Source of the DNA: Actinomycetota bacterium
Lineage (GTDB): Bacteria; Actinomycetota; CADDZG01; WHSQ01
Length of the DNA stretch: 64,000 nucleotides
NCBI GenBank assembly: GCA_050694215.1
Contig: JBOGXB010000002.1
Span: forward strand, 206 to 64,205
Reading direction: 5' to 3'
In this document: in pieces, positions 36,322 through 47,485 of the stretch
Layout: each line of letters starts with the position of its first letter
Numbering within the stretch: position 1 is the stretch's first letter
Program-made: the position numbers and the translations under genes
Notes under the pieces: model-generated
Told to the model about the DNA's origin: nothing
The model's database searches: none
Seen by the model: the letters and a program-made list of their open reading frames with translations, nothing else

Positions 36322-37266
36322 GTGCCGGGCCGATCCGTATCCTTCGTGACCGAAGCCTTCCTCCGCTCGCTGAAGGCGGAGCGGGATCTCTCGGCTCACA
36401 CGATCGAGGCCTACCGATCGGATCTCGCCCAGTTCGCCACATGGGCCGGCCGGGGCGGGATCGAGCGCGCCGACCAGCTGGACAGGCGGCTGCTCCGCCG
36501 CTACGTCGCCTTCCTCGGCCAGCGGGGGAGCGCAGGCGGGCGGAGGTACGCACGACGGTCCGTCGCCCGGAAGCTCAGCGCCCTCCGGTCGATGCTGGAA
36601 TGGGCGGCGCGGCACGATCTGATCGCGAGCAACCCGGCGGAGGGGTTGACGCCGCCGAAGCTGGACCGGCCCCTCCCGAAGGTCCTGGGCGAGCAGGATG
36701 TTTCACGACTCATGGAGCTGCCGCCGGCCGACGATCCCGAGGGGGCCAGGGATCGGGCGATCCTCGAGCTCCTCTACGGATCGGGCCTCCGGGTCGCCGA
36801 GCTGTGCGGGCTGGATCTCGAGGACGTCGATCTCGGCCGTCGAACCGTCCGGGTGATGGGAAAGGGGCGCAAGGAGCGCCAGGTGCCCGTCGGCGGAATG
36901 GCGGCCCGTTCGCTCGAGACCTACTTCTCTTCGGCTCGCCCCGAGCTACTCTCACGGGGCTCGGCGGCCGGAAGGGGCACCAGCCCCGACCGTGTCGCCG
37001 TCTTCCTCAACCACCGCGGGAAGCGATTGGGCCCTCGCAGCGTTCGGCGCGTAATGACCAAGTACCTGCGTGCAGAGGGCATGCAGGAGCACGGACCGCA
37101 CACCCTGAGACACTCGTTCGCCACTCACCTGCTCGACAACGGCGCCGATCTCAGGGCTGTACAAGAGCTGTTGGGCCATGAGAACCTTGCGACGACTCAG
37201 ATCTATACGCATGTGTCCACTGAGCGGCTGAGGGCCGTCTATGAGCAAAGCCATCCACGAGCCTGA
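36322..37266 (+). CDS. xerC: tyrosine recombinase XerC
   Basis: N-terminal SAM-like core-binding domain. [46 protein letters not shown] (catalytic Tyr). GTG after GGGAGG. Confidence 0.9.
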   Translation: MPGRSVSFVTEAFLRSLKAERDLSAHTIEAYRSDLAQFATWAGRGGIERADQLDRRLLRRYVAFLGQRGSAGGRRYARRSVARKLSALRSMLEWAARHDLIASNPAEGLTPPKLDRPLPKVLGEQDVSRLMELPPADDPEGARDRAILELLYGSGLRVAELCGLDLEDVDLGRRTVRVMGKGRKERQVPVGGMAARSLETYFSSARPELLSRGSAAGRGTSPDRVAVFLNHRGKRLGPRSVRRVMTKYLRAEGMQEHGPHTLRHSFATHLLDNGADLRAVQELLGHENLATTQIYTHVSTERLRAVYEQSHPRA

Positions 37267-38059
37267 GCCCGAGCATTCGTTCGACGAAGCAGAAGACAGC
37301 GTTGCGGCGGCCTGGGACGATTACAAGGAGCACGGCTCCTCCGAGGGCCGCGACCGGCTGATCCTTCATTACTCACCGCTCGTCAAATACGTGGCGGGGC
37401 GGGTGGCAGTGGGGCTGCCGGCCAACATCGAGCAGGCGGACCTCATCTCCTACGGGATCTTCGGACTGATCGACGCCATCGACAAGTACGACCGCAGCCG
37501 GAACATCAAGTTCGAGACCTATGCGATCAGTCGCATCCGTGGAGCCATCATCGACGAGCTTCGAGCGATCGACTGGGTGCCTCGGTCGGTGCGCTTCAAG
37601 GCAAGGGAGGTCGAGAAGGCATACGCAAGCCTCGAGAACAAGCTCAAGCGGCCTCCTTCGGATGCTGAGATCGCCGACGAGATGGAAGTCTCCATCGACG
37701 AGCTGAACCACATCTACACACAGCTGTCCACGGTCTCGTTGATCGCGCTGGACGAGCTCATGTCGGTCGAGGGGGATAAGGGCGACAAGATGTCTCTGCT
37801 CGACACACTCGAGGACACGAAGACGGCCGGTCCGATGGAGACCTTCGAATCCGTCGAGATGAAGGAGATCCTGTCGAGCGCCGTGAACCGGCTGCCCGAG
37901 CGAGAGAAGAAGGTCATCACGTTCTATTACTTCGTAGGACTGACGCTGGCGGAGATCGGCCAAGTCCTCGGGGTCACGGAGTCGCGCGTGTGCCAGATCC
38001 ACACGAAAGCCGTCCTCGCCTTGAGAACGAAGATAAGAGAGGTCACGGAAACAGACTGA
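37241..38059 (+). CDS. whiG: FliA/WhiG-family (sigma-28 type) RNA polymerase sigma factor
   Basis: Region 2 ([36 protein letters not shown]). Region 4 HTH ([24 protein letters not shown]). Overlaps the xerC 3' end by 26 nt. Confidence 0.85.
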   Translation: MSKAIHEPEPEHSFDEAEDSVAAAWDDYKEHGSSEGRDRLILHYSPLVKYVAGRVAVGLPANIEQADLISYGIFGLIDAIDKYDRSRNIKFETYAISRIRGAIIDELRAIDWVPRSVRFKAREVEKAYASLENKLKRPPSDAEIADEMEVSIDELNHIYTQLSTVSLIALDELMSVEGDKGDKMSLLDTLEDTKTAGPMETFESVEMKEILSSAVNRLPEREKKVITFYYFVGLTLAEIGQVLGVTESRVCQIHTKAVLALRTKIREVTETD

Positions 38060-38235
38060 GCAGGGGCCCATCCCCGGCCTCGTGTTAGCCTCTCTGCCGC
38101 TCGAAAATTCACACGCCCGCCTCCGGGTGCGCCGCGCGCTGCCCGGCTTCGGTCTCGCCGAGAAGAAAGCCTCGTCGGGTCGGTGGGCGGAGGAAGCCGG
38201 TCCCGGGCCGGCGTAACCGAAGGAGGAAGGCGATC

Positions 38236-39162
38236 ATGCCGGTCGTCACGATGCGGCAGCTTCTCGAGGCCGGAGTTCACTTCGGCCATCAGACGCGCCG
38301 TTGGAACCCGAAGATGAAGCGCTACATCTTCACGGAGCGCAACGGCATCTACATCCTGGATCTCCAGCAAACGATGTCTGGGATCGAGCGCGCCTACAGG
38401 TTCACTCGCGACCTGGTGGCAGGGGGCGGCACGATCTTGTTCGTGGCGACGAAGAGGCAAGTGCAGGAGAAGGTCGAAGAACAAGCCATCCGCTGCGGGA
38501 TGCCATACGTGAACTTCCGATGGCTGGGCGGCATGCTCACGAACTTCCGGACGATCCACGAGCGGATCAAACGCATGCGCGAGCTGGAGGAGATGGTGAG
38601 CACCGGCTCGATCGACCATTTCCCCAAGAAGGAAGCTCTGGCACTGCGTCGTGAGTACGAGAAGCTGTCACGCAACCTGGGCGGTCTGAAGGACCTCGAC
38701 AAGGCCCCCGAGGCCGTGTTCGTCCTGGACACGAAGAAGGAAGAGATAGCCGTGCGGGAGGCGCGGAAGCTCGGGATCCCGATCGTTGCGGTGCTCGACA
38801 CGAACTGTGACCCGGACGACGTCGACTACGAGATCCCGGGGAACGACGATGCGATCCGCTCGGGAGAGCTCCTCACGCGCATCATCGCCGACGCCGTTAT
38901 CGAAGGGAAGTCCATGCGTCCCGCGCACCTCGAGGGAGACGCGGGGGAGGCCCCCGTGCCGGAGCCGGCCGAGGTCCTGCCCGGTGCCGCCGCGGAGCCC
39001 AAGGCCGAATGGGAGCTGCAGCTCGAAGCCGAGGAAGAAGCCGAGCGCGCCAAGGCGGGCGGGGAGTCGGACGGCCCGAAGCCGGACGGCCCGAAGCCGG
39101 CCGAGAAGACCACAAAAGACAAGACTGCACGGGTTGGCGACGAGAAGTCAGGAGCAGAGTAG
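38236..39162 (+). CDS. rpsB: 30S ribosomal protein S2 with C-terminal acidic/Pro-rich extension
   Basis: [22 protein letters not shown]..., strong SD GAAGGAGGAAGG. About 60 extra C-terminal residues. Confidence 0.95.
   Translation: MPVVTMRQLLEAGVHFGHQTRRWNPKMKRYIFTERNGIYILDLQQTMSGIERAYRFTRDLVAGGGTILFVATKRQVQEKVEEQAIRCGMPYVNFRWLGGMLTNFRTIHERIKRMRELEEMVSTGSIDHFPKKEALALRREYEKLSRNLGGLKDLDKAPEAVFVLDTKKEEIAVREARKLGIPIVAVLDTNCDPDDVDYEIPGNDDAIRSGELLTRIIADAVIEGKSMRPAHLEGDAGEAPVPEPAEVLPGAAAEPKAEWELQLEAEEEAERAKAGGESDGPKPDGPKPAEKTTKDKTARVGDEKSGAE
39069..39100 (+). repeat. perfect 15-nt tandem repeat (GGACGGCCCGAAGCC x2) inside the rpsB tail
   Basis: Read directly. 39069-39083 and 39084-39098 are identical, encoding [10 protein letters not shown]. 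Confidence 0.9.
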
Positions 39163-40574
<1,412 letters not shown>

Positions 40575-40593
40575 GCCACGAATAGAGGAGCAC

Positions 40594-41160
40594 ATGGCCG
40601 AGAACAAGGACGAGGTCCTGCGCGAAGCAGAGGACAAGATGAGCAAGGCCGTCTCGGTCAACAACGAAGAGCTCGCGTCGATCCGGTCCGGACGCGCGAC
40701 CCCGTCGCTCCTGAACCGCATCACGGTCGATTACTACGGCACACAGGTGCCCCTGAATCAGATATCGAACCTGTCGGTCCCAGAGCCGCGTCTCCTCGTC
40801 ATCTCCCCCTACGACAAGAACTCGATCTCCGCGATCGAGAAGGCGATCCAGACCTCCGATCTCGGCATAACTCCCAGCAACGACGGGACCGTGATCAGGC
40901 TCGCGTTTCCTCAACTGACCGAGGAGAGACGCAAGGAGATGATCAAGGTCGCGCACGTTCGAGCGGAGGAGGGTCGCGTTTCGATCCGAGGCGTCAGACG
41001 TCACGCCAAGCAGGAGCTCGAGAGGATGAAGAAGCAAGGGGATCTGTCCGAGGACGAGGAGCGCGTGGCCGAGAACGAGCTGCAGAAGCTCACCGACCGC
41101 TACGTCGCCCACGTCGACGAGAACCTGAAGCGCAAGGAAGAAGAGCTCTCCGAGGTCTAG
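40594..41160 (+). CDS. frr: ribosome recycling factor
   Basis: Typical RRF sequence (LASIRSGRATPSLLNRITVDYYG, IRLAFPQLTEERRKEM). Confidence 0.95.
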   Translation: MAENKDEVLREAEDKMSKAVSVNNEELASIRSGRATPSLLNRITVDYYGTQVPLNQISNLSVPEPRLLVISPYDKNSISAIEKAIQTSDLGITPSNDGTVIRLAFPQLTEERRKEMIKVAHVRAEEGRVSIRGVRRHAKQELERMKKQGDLSEDEERVAENELQKLTDRYVAHVDENLKRKEEELSEV

Positions 41161-41197
41161 CCTCCCATCCAACTACGAGCGACAGGGGGAGCGCGGC

Positions 41198-42070
41198 GTG
41201 GCCGAAGCGATGAGGGGCGCGGACGAGCCGGCCGCCGATGGGCCCGGTTCGGAAGAGCTGCCGTGGGGTGGACGCTCGCTGAGACAAGCCGTGTTAACGG
41301 CAGTGGTGCTGCTGGCGCTGGTAGCGGTGTGTGCCTACCTCGGGACCACCGCGTTCTTCGTCCTCGTCTGCGCAGTCGTCTTGACCGCCCTGTTCGAGTA
41401 CTACGACGCGATCGTGCAGGCGGGAGGCAGGCCCAGCGTGCTGTTGGGGATGCTTGCAGGGTTCGGGATGCTCCTGGCGGCGTACTTCGAACGTCCCGCG
41501 ATCCTCGCGGTCGTGGTGGCCGTGACGATGTATGGAGCGTTCGTGCTGGCCCTGAGGCCCGAGCGAGGGTCGAGCGCGCCGACGGATGTGGCGTGGACCT
41601 TGCTCGGGGTGGCGTGGATCGGCGGTGGCGGAGCGGGGGCCACCTCGATCCTGATGATCGACGACTCCGGCCTGTTCCTGCTGATCGGCTACGTCCTGGT
41701 CACCGCCATCGACGACATAGGCGCTTACTTCGTGGGCGTGTCCTTCGGCAAGCACAAGATGGCTCCCTCGATCTCTCCCGGGAAGTCGTGGGAAGGATTC
41801 CTCGGAGGCATGGCGGCCGCGCTTGCAGCGGGGCTCGCGTTCGGGGCGCTCACGGACGATCTCACCCTGGTCGACGGGCTCGCCCTGGGGGCCATCTCCT
41901 CCCTGCTCGCCCCGGTCGGCGACCTCGTGGAGTCGATGTTCAAGCGAGAGATGGGGATCAAGGACTCGGGACGCCTGCTCCCCGGCCACGGCGGCCTACT
42001 CGACCGTCTCGACGCGATCGTCTTTTGCGCCCCCGCCGCCTACCTCTACATCCGCTTCATCGCCCTGTGA
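41198..42070 (+). CDS. cdsA: phosphatidate cytidylyltransferase
   Basis: Multi-TM protein with the CDS signature SPGKSWEGFLGG ... KREMGIKDSGRLLPGHGGLLDRLD. Confidence 0.88.
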   Translation: MAEAMRGADEPAADGPGSEELPWGGRSLRQAVLTAVVLLALVAVCAYLGTTAFFVLVCAVVLTALFEYYDAIVQAGGRPSVLLGMLAGFGMLLAAYFERPAILAVVVAVTMYGAFVLALRPERGSSAPTDVAWTLLGVAWIGGGGAGATSILMIDDSGLFLLIGYVLVTAIDDIGAYFVGVSFGKHKMAPSISPGKSWEGFLGGMAAALAAGLAFGALTDDLTLVDGLALGAISSLLAPVGDLVESMFKREMGIKDSGRLLPGHGGLLDRLDAIVFCAPAAYLYIRFIAL

Positions 42071-42133
42071 CCGTTTTGTCCGACTCCCACGGCAGGCTTC
42101 GGGTCAAATCGCGGTGCGTGTGACAATCATTCG

Positions 42134-43249
42134 GTGAGCGAGCGCACGCGCGTGGCGATCCTCGGCTCGACCGGGTCGATCGGGCGCCAGGCCGTTCAGG
42201 TCGTAAAGGACCACCCGGAGCGCTTTCAGGTGGTGGGGCTGTGCGCGCACACCGACGGCGAGAGGGTGGAAGAGCAGGCCCGCGCCCTCCAGGTGAGTCG
42301 CACCGGTCTGGGGGCCGAGGCGGCGGTCGAGCTCGCCGCGCTTGACGAGGCGGACGTGGTCTTGAACGCCATCGTCGGAGCCGCCGGCCTGCGGGCCTCG
42401 GTGGCCGCCCTCGACGCGGGCAAGACACTCGCTCTCGCTAACAAGGAGAGCCTCGTGGCGGGGGGCGAGGCGTGCCTCGCGGCGGCACGGCGGGGCGGGG
42501 GGCGCATCGTTCCCGTGGACTCCGAGCACGCCGCGATCTCTCAGTGCCTGGGGAAGGGCGATCCGTCGACCATCAGGCGCATCGTCCTCACGGCATCCGG
42601 CGGCCCCTTCAGGCGCAGGGCCGAGCTCGGTGAGGTCACTGCCGACGAGGCCCTGAGGCACCCGACGTGGTCGATGGGGCCGAAGATCACGATCGATTCC
42701 GCGACCCTCATGAACAAGGGGCTCGAGGTCATCGAGGCGCACCATCTCTTCGGTGTGGGCTACGACGCTATCGACGTCGTCGTGCACCCGCAGAGCATCA
42801 TCCACGGCATCGTCGAGTTCGTCGACGGCACGATGTTGATGCAGGCGGCGCCGACCGACATGCGCATCCCGATCCAGTCCGCACTTTCGTTTCCGTCGCG
42901 GCTGACCTCGGATGCCGGCAGGCTCGATCTCGTGTCGACCGGCAACCTCGAGTTCGAGCAGGTCGATCACGATCGTTTCCCCGCGGTCGCGCTGGCTTAC
43001 GAGGCGGGCCGGCGCGCTCGTTCGTATCCAGCCGTGCTGAACGCGGCGAACGAAGTCGCCGTGCACGCGTTCCTCGGAGGCGAGATCCGCTTCCCGGAGA
43101 TCGCGGCCACAGTCGAGGGAGTCATGTCCGCGCACGAGCCGGTGGACGTGGGCGACGTGGGCGCGGTCCTCGAGGTCGACGCGTGGGCGCGGAGCGAAGC
43201 GCGGCGAACGGTAAGTGACTTCCGGGGCGCCGAGGCGGTGCGGCCATGA
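42134..43249 (+). CDS. dxr: 1-deoxy-D-xylulose-5-phosphate reductoisomerase
   Basis: VAILGSTGSIGRQAV, LANKESLV, VDSEHAAI, LTASGGPF, NKGLEVIEA. Confidence 0.93.
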   Translation: MSERTRVAILGSTGSIGRQAVQVVKDHPERFQVVGLCAHTDGERVEEQARALQVSRTGLGAEAAVELAALDEADVVLNAIVGAAGLRASVAALDAGKTLALANKESLVAGGEACLAAARRGGGRIVPVDSEHAAISQCLGKGDPSTIRRIVLTASGGPFRRRAELGEVTADEALRHPTWSMGPKITIDSATLMNKGLEVIEAHHLFGVGYDAIDVVVHPQSIIHGIVEFVDGTMLMQAAPTDMRIPIQSALSFPSRLTSDAGRLDLVSTGNLEFEQVDHDRFPAVALAYEAGRRARSYPAVLNAANEVAVHAFLGGEIRFPEIAATVEGVMSAHEPVDVGDVGAVLEVDAWARSEARRTVSDFRGAEAVRP

Positions 43250-44427
43250 GCTTCGGCGTCATCTTGTTCGTCCTCGCCATCCTGGTCGTCGTGATGGTTC
43301 ACGAGGGCGGCCACTTCCTCGTCGCCAAGGTGTTCGGCTTCAAGGCCACCAAGTTCTTCGTGGGCTTCGGCCCGACGCTGTGGTCGTTCCAGAAGGGCGA
43401 GACCGAGTACGGGATCAAGGCCATCCCGGCCGGCGGTTTCGTGAAGATCATCGGGATGAACCCCTACGAAGAGGTTGCGCCGGAGGACCGTCCGCGCTCC
43501 TATCCAAACAAGCCTCGCTGGCAGCGCGCCCTGCTCCTCGTGGCCGGCTCGGCGACGCACTGGGTAGTTGCGTTCGTGATTCTCGTCGTGACTGCGATGA
43601 CGATCGGGTTCCCCACGGGCGAAGCCACGAACGAGGTCGGCGCAGTCGAGGCGAGGGTGCAGGGCGTCGAGGCACCGGCGGCTCAGGCGGGATTCCAACC
43701 GGGCGACGAGATCGTCGAGGTAAGCGGGACGGCGACGGACTCGTGGGACGAGACGCGTCGTCTCATCCGCTCCAGCTCGGGCCCCACCGAGTTCGTGGTC
43801 TCGAGAGACGGCCGCAGGGTCACGATCGACGCGATAGTCACCGAGTCGATCTTCACGGACGAGGGCAGGCTCGTCGACATCGCCCGGCCGGGCGAGGAGC
43901 TTCGTGAGCCGGGCCCGGGGGAGGAGAAGGTCGGCTTCCTCGGCGTCAGCCCCGAGCCCGAGTTCGACCGTGACGGGCTCGGCCCCGCGATCGTGGATGC
44001 GGGTGGCCGAACGTGGGATGTCACGCGTCTGTCCTTCCGCGGCATCGGCGAGGTCTTCGGCATGATCTTCGGGGGTGAGCTGTGGGACGCGCTCACGGGA
44101 GAAGGTGATCGTCAGGTCGACGAGGGACCGCTCGGACTCGTCGGAGCGGGCCGCATCGCCGGTGAGAGCGTGGCGAGTGGAAGGTTCCTCGACCTCATCG
44201 GCCTGATCGTTGGGTTCACGATCTTCGTCGGCGTGATGAACCTGCTGCCGCTGCCTCCGCTGGACGGCGGCCACCTGGCGGTGCTCGCCTACGAGAAGGT
44301 GACCGGACGCACCGTGGACGTTCGAAAGCTCATCCCGATCGCGGCCGCGGTCATCTCTTTCTTCGTCGTGCTGTTCGTAGCGGTCCTCTACCTCGACCTC
44401 GCGCGCCCGGTGAAGATCCCCTTCTAG
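43246..44427 (+). CDS. rseP: M50 site-2 (RIP) zinc metalloprotease with PDZ domain
   Basis: [10 protein letters not shown] (HEXXH) in TM1. PDZ-like middle segment. C-terminal [12 protein letters not shown] motif. ATGA overlap with dxr. Confidence 0.88.
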   Translation: MSFGVILFVLAILVVVMVHEGGHFLVAKVFGFKATKFFVGFGPTLWSFQKGETEYGIKAIPAGGFVKIIGMNPYEEVAPEDRPRSYPNKPRWQRALLLVAGSATHWVVAFVILVVTAMTIGFPTGEATNEVGAVEARVQGVEAPAAQAGFQPGDEIVEVSGTATDSWDETRRLIRSSSGPTEFVVSRDGRRVTIDAIVTESIFTDEGRLVDIARPGEELREPGPGEEKVGFLGVSPEPEFDRDGLGPAIVDAGGRTWDVTRLSFRGIGEVFGMIFGGELWDALTGEGDRQVDEGPLGLVGAGRIAGESVASGRFLDLIGLIVGFTIFVGVMNLLPLPPLDGGHLAVLAYEKVTGRTVDVRKLIPIAAAVISFFVVLFVAVLYLDLARPVKIPF

Positions 44428-44437
44428 ACTGGACCCG

Positions 44438-45604
44438 ATGCACGAGAGAAGAAAGACGAGGCAGATCAAGGTCGGGTCCGTGGCAATCGGCGGCGACGCG
44501 CCGATCTCGGTCCAGTCGATGACCATCACCAAGACCGAGGACGTCCAGGCAACCCTGATCCAGGTCCACGAGCTCGCGACCCAGGGCGCCGACATCGTCC
44601 GCGTTGCCGTCCCGCACGAGCAGGACGCGAAGGCGCTCCCGGAGATCGCCAAGGAGGGAGGAGTGCCGATCATCGCCGACATTCATTTCTCGGTGAGGCT
44701 GGCGATGATGGCCATCGAGTCCGGCGTCCAGGGTCTGCGCTTGAACCCGGGCAACATGCGCAACCCGAAGCACGTGAAGCAGGTCGCGGAGGCCGCCGCG
44801 GCCAGGGGCATCCCCATCCGCATCGGCGTCAACGCCGGGTCGCTCGACCGCAAACTGGTGGTCAAGCACGGGCGACCCACCGCCGAGGCGCTTGTCGAGA
44901 GCGCTCTGCACGAGATCGATCTCTTGGAGGAGCACGGTTTTACCGACATCAAGGTGTCGGTGAAGCACCAGAACGTCCCCGAGATGATCGCGGCCTACCG
45001 GCTTCTGGCAGACAAGACCGACGTGCCGTTGCATCTCGGCGTCACCGAGGCCGGGACGCCGAAGCAAGGGGTCGTCAAGTCCTCGATCGGGATAGGCACG
45101 CTCCTCGCGGAGGGGATTGGCGACACGATCCGCGTTTCGCTGACGGCGGATCCGGTCGAGGAGGTGAAGCTCGGGAAGCAGATCCTGACGTCGCTGGGCC
45201 TGCGCGAGGAAGGTTTCGATCTCGTGGCATGTCCGTCGTGCGGGCGAGCCGAGCTCGACGTGTTCAAGCTCGCCGAAGAGGTCGAGGCCGCGATCGAGAA
45301 GATGGACCTCCCCCCGATGCAGATCGCGGTTATGGGATGCGAGGTCAACGGGCCGGGCGAGGCACGCGATGCCGACATCGGAATCGCGGCGGGACCGGGC
45401 CGGGGGCTTCTCTTCTCCAAGGGCAAGCAGATCGGATGGGTGCCTCACGACCGCCTCGTGGATGCGCTGCTGGAGGAGGCCGAGCGGGTTGCCGCCGAGA
45501 TCCGGGCCGCCGGTGGCGACGTCGAGGGAGACGTGGAGGTCCTCAAGGGGGCGGCCCGCCGCAACCGGTCGCTCGGGGTGGGAATGGGGGCTCCCGGGAG
45601 CTAG
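44438..45604 (+). CDS. ispG: 4-hydroxy-3-methylbut-2-en-1-yl diphosphate synthase
   Basis: [38 protein letters not shown] and GCEVNGPGE cluster ligand regions. Confidence 0.95.
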   Translation: MHERRKTRQIKVGSVAIGGDAPISVQSMTITKTEDVQATLIQVHELATQGADIVRVAVPHEQDAKALPEIAKEGGVPIIADIHFSVRLAMMAIESGVQGLRLNPGNMRNPKHVKQVAEAAAARGIPIRIGVNAGSLDRKLVVKHGRPTAEALVESALHEIDLLEEHGFTDIKVSVKHQNVPEMIAAYRLLADKTDVPLHLGVTEAGTPKQGVVKSSIGIGTLLAEGIGDTIRVSLTADPVEEVKLGKQILTSLGLREEGFDLVACPSCGRAELDVFKLAEEVEAAIEKMDLPPMQIAVMGCEVNGPGEARDADIGIAAGPGRGLLFSKGKQIGWVPHDRLVDALLEEAERVAAEIRAAGGDVEGDVEVLKGAARRNRSLGVGMGAPGS

Positions 45605-45653
45605 AGCCACCCTCCCGCGCCGGCGAGGTCGGGCACGGACCCAGGACTATCTG

Positions 45654-45737
45654 CTACTTACGCCCGGCATTGGGCCTCTTGCCGTGGTTGGCCTTGTTCT
45701 TTCGCCGGTTCCGGCGCTTGCGTCCCTTCTTGGCCAT
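45654..45737 (-). CDS. 27-aa highly basic protein, resembles actinobacterial ribosomal protein bL37
   Basis: MAKKGRKRRNRRKNKANHGKRPNAGRK, preceded by GGAGG (reverse complement of cctcc at 45742-45746) 4 nt upstream of the ATG. The KANHGKRPN motif matches my recollection of bL37. The track shows only a 60-aa ORF from an upstream alternative start. Confidence 0.6.
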   Translation of the reverse strand: MAKKGRKRRNRRKNKANHGKRPNAGRK

Positions 45738-45872
45738 CTCGCCTCCAGCTCTGGTCGGGGATCGCGCGCACAACTCTACGACGGTCGCCCACGCGCTCAG
45801 GGGATAGCGCTTGATGATGCACGACTTGTGGACCAAATCCCGGCCGAGCTGTCTAAGGGCCGCCGTCCCGGC

Positions 45873-46877
45873 TCAACTAGCCGGTAGATGCCAGCGACCG
45901 ACCAGCTTCCGGACTCGATTGACTGCTACGTCGCGGACCAGCCGCAGGTACTCCGACGGTCGGGGTAAGGCACGATCGGACTCGGTCGGGTACGCGCCCA
46001 TCTCGAGAGGCGTCCTCTTGGCTGCGATGAACGCCTTGCGCCGGCCCTGGAGATACTTCCTTGCACCCGTCCAATCTGAGAAATGTGGCTCGAGGGTGAC
46101 GATTTCATAACCGAATGCGCGGGCCATATCGATCACCGCACGCTTGGTGGGGGAGGCCACGAGCTCACGTTCGATGGTGTTCAAAGGCCCATCCGAGTCT
46201 TCGGTACGAAGCCGGAGGTACGACCCCGGAGATATCGACAGCATGGTGTCGATTACACAGATATCGTCGTTGACGCGCGAGACGAGGTCCATGAGTGCTA
46301 CGGGCTCGCTTACGTGGTTCATGAGACCGAGACACAGCACGATCTCGAAGTTGCCGTACGGCTCGTAGTCGAACTCGAACAGGTTCGAGGTTGCGAACTC
46401 GTAACGCTTTCGGTCGATCCCCTTGGCTTCGAACACGAAGTTGGCCTGATCGACGTTCATGCGGCGACCATCGATACCGAGTACGAAGTCGGCACCTCGC
46501 TCGATCGCTTCGAGGGACCAGAACCCGGCGTTGCAACCAAGATCCAAGACTCTCTTCCCCCGAAGGTCTCCGCCGCAGACCTCGATTAGCGGTTCGAAGA
46601 AATAGCGCTTCCGCTGCTCGTGACCGTTGATGCGGAACTCGCGGTTTATCAGAGTCAGCTGGCCACCGAGATCGAACTGGTAGTGCCATGTGGGGAAGCT
46701 CTCGATGTGTTCCTTGATGACAGCGCGATCCAAAGTGTCTCCCACGGCAGCCTTTTGGGGTAAGTCTAGGCCCGTCCGCCGGAAGCGAGTCGAGGAGGGG
46801 CCCGCCCCAGGGTCCGACCTCGAGGACGTCGTCCGACTCGATCGCGACCAGGGAATCCGCACCGCCGTCATGCACAC
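45873..46877 (-). CDS. class I SAM-dependent methyltransferase (DUF1698/CmoB-like)
   Basis: WHYQFDLGG ... KRVLDLGCNAGFWSLEAIERGA..VLGIDG ... IVLCLGLMNHV. Start uncertain. Hand-counted GC of four 60-nt blocks is 55-62%. Confidence 0.75.
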   Translation of the reverse strand: MCMTAVRIPWSRSSRTTSSRSDPGAGPSSTRFRRTGLDLPQKAAVGDTLDRAVIKEHIESFPTWHYQFDLGGQLTLINREFRINGHEQRKRYFFEPLIEVCGGDLRGKRVLDLGCNAGFWSLEAIERGADFVLGIDGRRMNVDQANFVFEAKGIDRKRYEFATSNLFEFDYEPYGNFEIVLCLGLMNHVSEPVALMDLVSRVNDDICVIDTMLSISPGSYLRLRTEDSDGPLNTIERELVASPTKRAVIDMARAFGYEIVTLEPHFSDWTGARKYLQGRRKAFIAAKRTPLEMGAYPTESDRALPRPSEYLRLVRDVAVNRVRKLVGRWHLPAS

Positions 46878-46975
46878 GAGGCCGAGATCCAGGCGCCGGT
46901 GTGGTAAGTTTGAAAGGCGCTCTGAGCAGGACTTTTGTGCTTTGTGCTGCTTGGATCATCCGGCACCAAGCGGAG

Positions 46976-46992
46976 CCCCTCGGCGAGGGGCT
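46976..46992 (+). promoter_or_regulatory. GC-rich hairpin (GCCCCTC-ggc-GAGGGGC) followed by TTCACTCTT, just upstream of the rimP SD
   Basis: Perfect 7-bp stem read directly. Located in the 136-nt leader of the rimP-nusA-infB operon. Confidence 0.3.
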
Positions 46993-47013
46993 TCACTCTT
47001 GAAGGAGGGGGCG

Positions 47014-47472
47014 ATGAGCGCTCTGGAGGAGGTCAGAGACCTCGCCCAGGCCGTCGCCCGGCGGCGTCACCTTCGGCTGTGGGACGTGGAGGTTGGGGGC
47101 CGGCCCGGCCGGATGATCGTGCGGGTGTTCGTCGACGCTGATGACGGGGTGGACCTCGACACGGTCGCGAAGGTGTCCGAGGAGATCTCTCGGGGGCTCG
47201 ATCTGCGTGATCCGATCGCGGGACGCTACACGCTCGAGGTCTCGTCCCCGGGGCTCGAGCGGAAGCTGAGGTCGCCGGAGCACTTCGCGTTGTCCGTGGG
47301 CAGCAAGGTCGTGGTGAAGACCAAGGCCCCGATGGTCGGCGACAGCCACCGGGTCGATGGGGTCATCTCGGGCGCCACCGAATCGGCGGTCCGGCTGCGT
47401 ACGGGGGACGAAGAGCTGGATGTGCCTATCGACCAGATCCGGTCGGCGAGGACGATCTTCGAATGGAATTGA
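47014..47472 (+). CDS. rimP: ribosome maturation factor RimP
   Basis: ATG at 47014 after GAAGGAGGGG. VRVFVDADDGVDLDTVAKVSEEISRGLD ... YTLEVSSPGLERKL. The track ORF start at 46690 is an upstream extension. Confidence 0.9.
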   Translation: MSALEEVRDLAQAVARRRHLRLWDVEVGGRPGRMIVRVFVDADDGVDLDTVAKVSEEISRGLDLRDPIAGRYTLEVSSPGLERKLRSPEHFALSVGSKVVVKTKAPMVGDSHRVDGVISGATESAVRLRTGDEELDVPIDQIRSARTIFEWN

Positions 47473-47485
47473 GAAGGGAAGCAAC

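Noticed and set aside
36322-37266. Tyrosine recombinase as a marker of a prophage or integrative element
   Set aside because: It sits in the conserved dprA-xerC-(whiG)-rpsB position and has XerC-type motifs. No flanking phage or ICE genes, direct repeats or adjacent tRNA.
42997-44682. 561-aa minus-strand ORF
   Set aside because: Antisense to dxr/rseP/ispG, which carry clear catalytic motifs. No recognisable domain. A shadow ORF.
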